Position numbers and translations under genes: made by a program. The notes under the pieces are model-generated. The model worked only from the letters and a program-made list of their open reading frames with translations. It was not told the origin of the DNA and searched no databases. A DNA stretch of 64,000 nucleotides from positions 41,912,001 through 41,976,000 of the forward strand of contig NC_043004.1 of the NCBI RefSeq assembly GCF_006345805.1, in the 5' to 3' direction. This document shows positions 54,016 through 64,000 of the stretch, one piece after another (within the stretch, counting starts at the first letter, position 1; each line of letters opens with the position of its first letter). The DNA is from Octopus sinensis (taxonomy: Eukaryota).

Positions 54016-54812
54016 CATCACATACCGCTTATCACATAACCATAACAACTTCGGATTACATACACTTCTTTCAAGCATATGAACTGACGTGCATGAAGCA
54101 TAGATGGGTCCAAGCGGCAAAATCACGTAAAAGTCTGAAACTTTTTCCCACACCATCGATATCGCTAAGGATTCGCAGTTTTGTCGTAATGAGACAGAAC
54201 CACTATCATATTGAAGTATAGGTTATTGCTGTACTTAGTTCTACAAGCTGTAACTAGGCACAAAGAGGCGGTAGAGTTCAGTGGCAGTAGTGCGTTAGAC
54301 ATTATATATAATTTGTTTAGATCACTTTATTTGTATGTTATTGCTTGCAGAGTATTATCCTTGTTACATCCATAACTATTTAAAATAAATTGTGCAGCCT
54401 ATGAACACTTGGCAGCCTTAAACTAAGCTAATAAAACTGAATAGCTGGTGTCTTCATAAACAGCGTTCACAGCATACTTCAAAGAACTGTGTGAAACTTC
54501 TGTGTGACGCCAATGAAAGTAACTAACATAGGCTTACTGTACGTGATCATTGCCACAATCATTGAAAATTTCATATAGGAACTACCACTTATTAGCTCTC
54601 TGTTCTCAGCATTTGACTCGTTTTATTCTAATCAAAATTTGGTCAACAACTCTTTATACGTTTATTTTTGTTTTTTTTCTTCTAAAGTCTACTTTCTGTG
54701 ACAAATTAATTAAACTAATTACGCTTCCGATTGGCTTGTTATATTTCAGCATCCTTCCTCTTTTGGAAATTTTGGTTATCTTGATTCGATCAGCCCTTGG
54801 TATTGGGTGACG

Positions 54813-55036
54813 AGCTGGCAGAAACGTTAGCACGCCGGGCGAAATGCGTAGCCGTATTTCGTCTGTCGTTACGTTCTGAGTTCAAATTCCGCCGAGGTCG
54901 ACTTTGCCTTTCATCCTTTCGGGGTCGATAAATTAAGTACCAGTTACGTATTGGGGTCGATATAATCGACTTAATCAGTTTGTCTGTCCTTGTTTGTCCT
55001 CTCTGTGTTTAGCCCCTTGTGGGTAGTAAAGAAATG
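54813..55036 (+). mobile_element. SINE family A with 14-bp TSD ggtattgggtgacg
   Basis: TSD at 54799-54812 and 55037-55050. Confidence 0.95.
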
Positions 55037-55440
55037 GGTATTGGGTGACGTTACCCAGCAGCATGTCGGTATTTGTTCTCACGCACTACAGTGCACCCGA
55101 CGTTTTGAGAGGTTCTCTGTTGTGTTTTATAACATCTTATACATGCTGCATTCCCTACATACCTGCCTTTACAATGTCACAATTGGCGCAGGAGTGGCTC
55201 TGTGGTAAGATACTTACTTCCCAACCACATGGTTTGAGTTAAACAATCTCGATGCGTGTCATCTGATGCACAAGTCCTGTGTTCACTTCGCTGAATAAGA
55301 AATAGTTTACAGAGTGTATATGCAAGACAGTTCAATGACTGTTCCTAGAATAGTTCTAAGCTGTTCCTTACCATTCGTTGGTGTTAGCCGTAACTTGGAT
55401 TACAACAGAGTGCTTGAATGGCTCCCGCCTTGATATATTA

Positions 55441-55506
<66 letters not shown>

Positions 55507-55584
55507 CACACACACACGCATGTATATAATATATATATATATATATATGTGCGTGTGTGTATATATATATATACAATACATACA

Positions 55585-55619
<35 letters not shown>

Positions 55620-56004
55620 CAATGGGAATTTGATTTTAGAAGGTGGAAAATATCACAATCGTATGTATACTAACCTAAAGTTCGTTTATGCCTAAGCATT
55701 GCTTGGCGCTGATACTTCTGTATTTCTTTCGACTTGGCGGTTTAATGGCTTAACTCAGTCAATGTTGTCGACTGTGTTTTAGGTAAAACTACGGTTGCCT
55801 CTCTTCAGTATTTCCCATTGATAACATTTAAAAAGTTAGAAACGCGTCTGGGAATCCCAAAAGTGCAACACAGGACAGTCATGGTGTTTTTACACCTTTT
55901 TGCCATAAGAGAGAATTATTTTTTCTTGGCAACTGCGGTGAGTTTACCATCAGAATTTGAAGTAAGTCACAAACTTCTTTTAACAAACCTAAAGTTCGCA
56001 CACT

Positions 56005-56008
56005 CACA

Positions 56009-56080
<72 letters not shown>

Positions 56081-56105
56081 CATACGCACGCACGCACGCA
56101 CGCAC
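56005..56105. repeat. (GCAC)n array
   Basis: Direct reading. Confidence 0.95.
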
Positions 56106-56421
56106 AAACACACATACATATGAATTGTACAATACTGCTTATTTAAGTTAATACTACCAAAGTTACTGTGACTCAGACTCAGTACTAAACTTAGACATTA
56201 TTTGTCTCTTATGAAATGAGTTCTCTACATAGCTTTTCATTGGAATCATAGACGGTAGGAGCCAATCCATGTCTGACGATAAGCACTCTACGTCTTTAAG
56301 TAAATTTAAAATTTAGTTATATGGTTTGACGAGAGAATTTAACTGTAGGAACATACAAAGTGGGCTCTCTATATTGAGTACTCATCCCCTTGTCATATGA
56401 AACATGTTATACATACTTATA

Positions 56422-56785
56422 GACGCAGGATGGTTGTGTGGTAAGTAGCTTTCTTACCAGCCGCATGGTCCCGGGTTCAGTCCCACTGCATGGTACCTTG
56501 GGCAAATGTCTTCTGCCAGAGTCCCAGGTCGACCAAACCCTTGTGAGTGGATTTGGTAGACAGAAACTGAAAGAAGCCCGTCGTATATATGAGTGTGGAG
56601 TGTGTGTTTGTATGTTTGTTTGACCCTCCCCCACTATCGCTTGACAACCAATGCTGATGAGACAGATACATATATATAGTAATAGGTTTACAAAGAATAA
56701 GTTCAGGGACGATTTGGTCGACTAAAGGCGGTGCTCCAGTATGGCCGCAGTCAAATGACTGAAGCAAGTAAAAGAATAAAAGAAT
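56422..56785 (+). mobile_element. SINE family C with an internal deletion
   Basis: Consensus head and tail. Confidence 0.9.
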
Positions 56786-57107
56786 ATACATAATAAAGTG
56801 CAGAAGCATACGCACGCATATAAAAAAAAGAACATAAGCAAGTACCTTCAAACACACGTGCACACCAACCACATAAAACCTTTGCACTGTTACCAACTCT
56901 CAACCAAGATACGATTCTTTAAATTTCTATTTGGATCAGTAATTCATGCTAAATTAAGTCTTGTCTGCCATAGATTAAATGTGCATTAATGGCTGTTGCA
57001 GACAGAAACTTTAACCAAGTCATCATACACACACATACACACACACATACACACACACACGAACACACACACGCACACACGCACGTGTGTTGGATATATG
57101 ATATAGA

Positions 57108-57109
<2 letters not shown>

Positions 57110-57168
<59 letters not shown>

Positions 57169-57334
57169 GTATATATATGTATATATATGTATATATATAT
57201 GTATATATATGTATATATATATGTATATATGTATATATATATGTATATATATATATATAATATATATGTATATATATATATGTACATATATATATTTATA
57301 TGTATATATATGTATATATGTATATATATGTATG

Positions 57335-57376
<42 letters not shown>

Positions 57377-57413
57377 CGTATATATATATATGTATATATA
57401 TATGTATATATAC

Positions 57414-57455
<42 letters not shown>

Positions 57456-57475
57456 GCATGTGTATATATACATAT
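57110..57475. repeat. Long interrupted (TA)n array
   Basis: Direct reading; source of the 287-aa spurious ORF. Confidence 0.97.
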
Positions 57476-57940
57476 AACACTCCCACACACTACACAAGTG
57501 TATATGTATGCATGTACATACAAATACGTAGAACTCGACATCTCTGTTAATACATGTTCCTGTGTGTTCGCGTGTGCTTGCTTGGGTGTGTGTGTGTGTG
57601 TATGCGTGTGTACGCGTATGCGTATATTTCAATCTTTCTTTCTTTCTTCCTCTCTCTGTAGTTCTCTCGTGTGTTCTTTCGTATTTGTTATTTATTTCAC
57701 TGAACCGTTCAAAGAATGTCTTCCTGCCTTGGTCACCATTCTCTGACCTTATGATGGAAGAAGTGAATATATAATCCCTTCTAATTCCAAAAGTCATAGC
57801 TTCCATCACCAACCTGCCTACGTTATTCTGTGCTAGGTTACTCCAAGCTGTTTGACTGTATGTACATGACTGTGCTTATGTGTCTCTGTGTGAATGTGTA
57901 TGCTTGTATTTGTTTGTGTTCCAGTACTTCAGTGCCGCTC

Positions 57941-57991
<51 letters not shown>

Positions 57992-58132
57992 CTTTTTGTA
58001 TGCCCGTGTGTTTGTGAGCACGTGTGTATGTGTAATAATGCAGTTTGCATTGATGTATCTGAGCTTGAACGAATGCTCAATTATCTATAAATAATCCACT
58101 ACTTTAAAGTTAATCTTCACCACAATCACCGC

Positions 58133-58143
58133 TGCTACTACTA

Positions 58144-58191
<48 letters not shown>

Positions 58192-58318
58192 ATAATAATA
58201 ATAATAATAATAATACCATCACCACCACCACCACCACCACCACCACCACCACCACCACCACCACCACCACCACCACCACCACCACCACCACCACCACCAC
58301 CACCACCACCACCACCTT

Positions 58319-58367
<49 letters not shown>
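58133..58367. repeat. Compound array (CTA)n-(TAA)n-(CCA)n-(CTA)n
   Basis: Direct reading. Confidence 0.97.
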
Positions 58368-58368
<1 letters not shown>

Positions 58369-59087
58369 GCTGCAGCCCTTTCTGCTACTACGTCCATTTT
58401 GGTCTAACAATAGTCTTCTATTGTTTATTTATATGAACAGATTTCCTTTATCTTATTCTCATCTCTCCATCATATTCTGCACTTTCTTCTATCTACGTAT
58501 CTATTTCGCCCTCTCTCTCTTTCTCTTCATTCCACTTTGTTCTCTGTATCTTTCTCGTAACCTCTCTATTTCACTCTCTGTCTCTCATCTCTTTGTTATA
58601 ATCTCTCTCTTCCCCAAACGTTAGTGTGTCGCTGTCATTCCATCTCCCTTTTTCTTTCATTGATCACAGATGGATTTAGATTCACAACATTGAAGCACTA
58701 AATATAATATTCTTCTATCTCGTTTTTAAAAAAAAATGTTTCTACCAGCGTTCACTACTTTTTTCTCGTTCTGTTCCAACGGCCCTCGTGTCCCCACTGT
58801 CATTTTTTGTTCCCAACTTTGACACCCCATAAATCCTAAATTTTATTTTAGAATTTATGGGAACGACTGTCTTGGAAAGCTCATATTGTCGTTGAATGCT
58901 CGAAATAAGGAGTAGATAGACAGCCGACAACTGATGAAAGGTACTTTTCTGTGTTAACTTGTCCTGTTTTCCATTTTTTCTCGTTATTTACCTATTTCAT
59001 GTTCTTTGCACCGTTGGTGACGTCCTGTACCCATATATATGTGTGTGTGTATGTATGTATACACATACATGCATACATACATACACA

Positions 59088-59156
<69 letters not shown>

Positions 59157-59254
59157 GATTTATTATTTAATTGAACACGACGAATCCATTTCCAAGTATA
59201 TAAACATATATTGAGTCCCGTTCGATCATAAATGACCATGGCATTGCACCTAAA

Positions 59255-59416
59255 AAGATCCCCTCCGAGGCGCAAGTCCAGGCAATGTTATTTATGGAAG
59301 ACCAGCAGTCGTCCATGCATTCCAGCCTCCCCTCTCCACGCCATCGATGTTATCCAAGGGAAAAGGCAAAGGCCGATACAGCTTGGCACCTGTAACGTCG
59401 CAACTCATTTCTACAG
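59255..59416 (-). mobile_element. 3' part of another SINE-like family, truncated by the palindromic element
   Basis: ccaagggaaaaggcaaaggccgatacagcttggcacc...ctcatttctacag, recognised as a SINE-type body. Confidence 0.5.
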
Positions 59417-59755
59417 TGTGGAAGGTGTTCATAAGCTATTTAAAAACACACAAAACCCGTTAGATTCACTTCAACATTTAAATTTAATTTGTCAAAATAT
59501 TTTCGTCGCTTTCAGACTGCGACCTGTTCACTGACAGAATTCTGTGCAGCATGGAATTTTGTTACTGAACAGGTCGCGGTCTCAAAGCGACGAAAATATT
59601 TTGACAAATTAAATTCCAATGTTGAAGTGAATGTAACGGATTTTGTGTGATTTTAAATGGTTTATAAACACCTTCCACGCTGCAATTGTTTTTGCTTCAG
59701 AACACGATCTGAAATGAGGTCACTTGCTATGCAAGTACATCGTCGTAATATAAAA
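59414..59755 (+). mobile_element. Palindromic HHR-bearing element, copy 1 (older)
   Basis: Arms 59414-59545 and 59550-59682 plus a ~70-bp unique tail; homologous to 63385-63740. Confidence 0.85.
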
Positions 59756-59769
59756 TATATAAATGCGCC

Positions 59770-59972
59770 CTTTTAAAGCCTAGCCAGGCTCATGAGCCCG
59801 GTTTCTCGGTTTCTATGGCGTATGTGTTCCACAGCTGGACGGGACGCCAGTCCATCGCAGCGTTACTCATTTTTGCCAGCTGAGTGGACTGGAGCAACGG
59901 GAAAGGAAGTGTTTTGCTCAAGAACATAATAATCATGATGCTGACACCCTAACCACTAAGACACGCGCTTCC
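59770..59972 (-). mobile_element. SINE family E with partly deleted tRNA head
   Basis: gtcttagtggttagggtgtcagcatcatgat...ttgctccagtccactcagctggcaaaaatgagta. Confidence 0.75.
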
Positions 59973-60046
59973 ATATACACACACACCACACACACACGCA
60001 CACTCACACACACACACACATACATATTTATATATACGGCAGGATA

Positions 60047-60235
60047 GACGCCATGATAGATCGTTAGCCACTACACACATTTTTTTCTCTCCTTGTTTTT
60101 TCTGTGTACCTTCCTGTAGAAGAGCGTAGGCTCGAAACGTAAACGACTTTTTCTGTTCCTGAGCGTTATACTAATACATCTGTTTGTTTCGTACACCACC
60201 TCTCTTCGTCTTTTGTCTTTTTCGTAAACTTTCCC
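60047..60235 (+). mobile_element. 'gccatgatagatcg' element copy; HHR-like motif at 60110-60146
   Basis: CTGTAGA-A-GAGC-gtag-GCTC-GAAACGTA. Confidence 0.8.
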
Positions 60236-60243
60236 TATATATA

Positions 60244-60348
<105 letters not shown>

Positions 60349-60354
60349 ATATAT

Positions 60355-60421
<67 letters not shown>

Positions 60422-60436
60422 GTACATATATGTATA

Positions 60437-60600
60437 CACGACGGGCTTCCACATAGATTCTGTCCGCAAAATTCTCTCACAAGGCATTAGTCAAACCATT
60501 GTTATAGTAGAGAGGAATAGCCCAATGTGCCGCTCAGTGAGACTGAATCCAAAAACATGTAACTTCAGATGGAGCTTCTGAACTACGCTGCCATGCGTGC
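60437..60600 (-). mobile_element. Old SINE family C-like 5' half
   Basis: acgacgggcttc...ctcacaaggcatt...actgaatcc. Confidence 0.55.
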
Positions 60601-61057
60601 GTCTAGAAGCCATGCCTGTTGTTCTTAATGAATAGTCTTCATAACTACCCGACTGTTTGTAACGAGCAGCGATATTTGTATCAAATTATATGGTACTAGA
60701 TTTGAAAAGAAGAGGAGACAGTGAATAATATAGTTCTGTATAGGTAATTACCTAGAACGTGTCTGATGGTAATGGCTGGAATACATTTGAAGTGTGTTCA
60801 ATCTTAGACTAAACAACAACAACAACACCAAAAAGTGGTTTGTATTCATTGTAATCGGAAATGTTATATAGACCTCGCTGGAATCTGAATGCAGACTGAA
60901 AAATGATCAAAGGATTGTTAAAATTTTGCTACACTTTACTGATTCCGCTGATAACACCACAACCGTCACCGCTATCATCACCACCACTACAACGATTACC
61001 ATCATCACCACTAACACCACCATCACCACCACCAACAGCAGCAGCAACAACAACAGT

Positions 61058-61425
61058 GGAGGCGCAATGGCCCAATGGTTAGGGCAACGGACTCGCGGTC
61101 GGAGGATCGCGGTTTCGATTCCCAGACCGGGCGTCATGTGTGTTTATTGAGCGAAAAAACCTAAAGCTCCACGAGGCTCCGGCAGGGGGTGGTTGCGACC
61201 CCTGTTGTACTCTTTCGTTCCAACTTTCTCTCACTCTTTCTTCCTGTTTCTTGTCCCCGACTTCCTATGCAACCGCTGAGCCTGGATGCGCATTCAGCCA
61301 TCCATCGATGCTCTCGGTGTCGGGGGTTGACCTGCTTTCTCTTCTGCGGGTCGTACGAATAGCAAAGGACCACGTTTCGGACTTCTCCCATCTTGCGAGC
61401 TCTGGGACGAAGACCGTTCGCTTAA
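61058..61425 (+). mobile_element. SINE family D, tail type 3
   Basis: Clean tRNA head ggaggcgcaatggcccaatggttagggcaacgg...gtttcgattcccagaccggg with a third distinct tail. Confidence 0.88.
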
Positions 61426-62745
61426 CAGCAACAGCAATAGCAGCAACAACAACAACAACACGTTGCAAGTTTTTATGGATGACACCGCTTGTACACATGA
61501 TAGCTCCTTTTAAAGTGTGTGTGTGTATGCGTGTGCGTGTGTTTACCTCTATTTATTTACGTACATACACATACTTGTGCGTGTGCGTGTGTGCATACGT
61601 AGAAAATAACGTTTAAGATTCCTTAAGCCTACCATTTATTATCTCCCTTGTAAGTTGTACATAGTTGTGAACAGTTGGCTGCATAGATCATTCATTTGTG
61701 ATATGTTCAATCACCTTACGTAGCATTAAGAGACAGAGTTCTAATCATCGTTTCCAGATTAACAAATTAGTTAAAAAAGGAAATTGACGGTTACTGTAAT
61801 TAGTAAAACACGGTGGGTTTCAGTAGAAAGAAAAACAGTTTCAACAAATAAAGGAAGCGTATACTAGAGATGCCAGTCGATCGAATGGAAGAGGGGAAGA
61901 GAATAGGCGTCACCTACTACATCTTTCTGGTAAAAGAGCCTGGAATGTATCTTCCAAATGAAACACGAAGAATGAGTTGTTCGTTTGAAAGCTCATATTC
62001 CGATAAATGAGAAATCAAACGCCCTTGTAAGAGGCACAGAGTAACCAAAAAGTTACTATTCGATATTTTATCGATGACACAATTGGTCAGTAGTTAGCGA
62101 ATAATTTTAGAGTCGATGTAAATTTGATATATGTGATAATGCCGTCGCATCTCACTCACCATCCACCGGGCCGCCGTCTTTTCCAGTCTGTTAGTACCAT
62201 ATGAAATGTTTCTATGTTGTGAGAGGCAAGATTTTTCAAAATTGATTCTGTAAAGAATGGAGGAATAAAAGAGAAAAATAGAGGCAAGAAGAACTCGGTA
62301 CATGCCTTACTGAACTCATTTCTAAATATCTTCACTAACTCTTTTCATTATAGCTATCAGCCTTTCCACTCACATCTGTGACACAAATCAGTTAAAAGAA
62401 AGAATAATAAAATGATAATGATTTAATCCTATTTCAGTTTATTGCTGGAGGAGTTTCAGAAATCGTAGAGTTTATTCTTTTTGACTTGTAAAATAGAATA
62501 CGAAAGAAATATTTCACATGTCATGAATGAAGGAAAGGTTGCTCAAAAATAAAATTACTAATTTGTTTTCTGATCGTGTGGTCTGTTTTTGGCTTTGGCT
62601 TAACAGAATGTTTTCATCGCATGATACTTATATTTATAGAAATTATTAATTCGTTCACAGTTGTGATTTCGTAAATTTTAGCCGGTCATATATTTTTGTC
62701 AATCTACTACCATTTATTTACTTGGAATTTAATATTTCTCCACAG

Positions 62746-62820
62746 GATTATGCTTAGACAATAGCCAGCAATACTTCAGCCACAGTAGAGCTGAAGAAAA
62801 TTCCAATAAGTACGCAAAAG
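62746..62820 (+). CDS. Candidate 75-bp phase-1 symmetric exon of an unidentified gene
   Basis: Acceptor atttctccacAG, donor aaag|GTagat; one open frame GLCLDNSQQYFSHSRAEENSNKYAK; no homology recognised. Confidence 0.25.
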
Positions 62821-63384
62821 GTAGATCTTCAGATGGTAGTCTCGTGCTTTCAAATTAAATTACATACTTTGAAAAGCAAAAGAAATTTCTTTTGACATTT
62901 ACCCCCAAATGACACGGCGTAACTTGATATATATTGTTGATTTTTCTGTTTCTTTTTGCTGCCTCTAGCTTATGAGTTGAGTAAATAATCCTTTATGATC
63001 CATTGGATCGTTGAAACGCCGTTGGAGATTCAGTATTTATTGAAAATGCACAGGAATGGGTTTCACAAAGCTAGGGATCTACAAATCGCTGCCATGGTAG
63101 TGAGTGTATTATTACGTTGCTTGAATTCAGTCTCATATAGAGAGGGGAAGAGAGAAAGAGGGGAGAGAGGGGAGAGATAGACGACAGAAAGGAGAGAGTG
63201 GGAGAGAGAGAAGAGAGAGGGGTGAGATAAGGGGGAGAGATGCGAAAGAGAAAGCGAAAGAGGGGGAACAGAGACAAAGATGTATGCATGTATGTATATA
63301 TACATATATATATGTATATATGTATGTATATATGTATGTATATATATATGCGTATATATATATATATTATATATATATATATAT

Positions 63385-63740
63385 ACAATGCAGCGTGGAA
63401 GGTGTTTATAAGCCATTTAAGAAACACACAAAAGCCGTTCGATTCACTTCAACATTTAAGTTTAATTTGTCAAAATATTTTCGTCGCTGAAATCCGTGAC
63501 CTGTTCACTGACAAAAATCCGTGCTGCACGGATGCAGCACGGATTTTTGTCAGTGAACAGGTCGCGGATTTCAGCGACGAAAATATTTTGACAAATTAAA
63601 CTTAAATGTTGAAGTGAATCGAACGGCTTTTGTGTGTTTCTTAAATGGCTTATAAACACCTTCACGCTGCAATTGTTTTCGTTTCAGCACACGATCTCAG
63701 ATCAAATTACTTGCTATGCGAGTACATCTCCGTAATATAT
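63385..63740 (+). mobile_element. Palindromic HHR-bearing element, copy 2 (young, arms nearly identical)
   Basis: Arms 63390-63528 and 63533-63670, loop cgga; HHR-like motifs at 63467-63514 (minus) and 63547-63594 (plus). Confidence 0.9.
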
Positions 63741-63795
63741 ATATATATATATATAATATATATATAATATATATATATATAATATATATAATAAA

Positions 63796-64000
63796 TATTA
63801 GGGAATAAATCCAAATTTACAGGGAAAAAAATCAGATTTAGGATTAAATCCATTTTATAGTAAAATATTATAAAATATTATTAGAGACAAAACCACTATT
63901 TTGCAAAACAAACAAGGAAAGACTTAATCATACATAAAATTTTAATAAATAGTCAAAAAAACCGCCACTACAATCGTTTCTTGTCTTGATCGACAATCTT
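63796..64000 (-). mobile_element. PLE-like terminal fragment running off the window
   Basis: Homologous to 9654-9782; the minus strand at the edge reads AAGA-TTGTC-gatcaa-GACAA-GAAACGAT, a partial HHR-like motif. Confidence 0.55.

Overview
AT-rich eukaryotic DNA with no confidently identifiable host gene. Almost all supplied ORFs are translations of microsatellites. The repeat content (several tRNA-derived SINE families, abundant (TA)n/(CA)n/(TAGA)n arrays, TTAGGG motifs) suggests a coleoid cephalopod, most likely Octopus; this is inference from recognition, not from a search. The window holds about 35 SINE copies or fragments, five copies of a ~430-bp MITE with 8-bp TSDs and internal telomere-like repeats, a deleted mariner, CR1 and Tx1/L1 fragments, and many Penelope-like element (PLE) remnants in TA tracts. 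The main result is a set of minimal type-I hammerhead ribozyme (HHR) motifs with palindromic stem III in four unrelated repeat families. One has the canonical core C3-G8 (17381-17441). A G3-C8 swapped core sits in a propagated ~285-bp palindrome (59.4 kb and 63.4 kb). A U3-A8 core sits in another foldback (41.6-41.9 kb). An A6U core occurs in five copies of a ~200-bp element. At least nine long foldback hairpins are present, most next to TA arrays. All ribozyme calls are hand-folded and untested.
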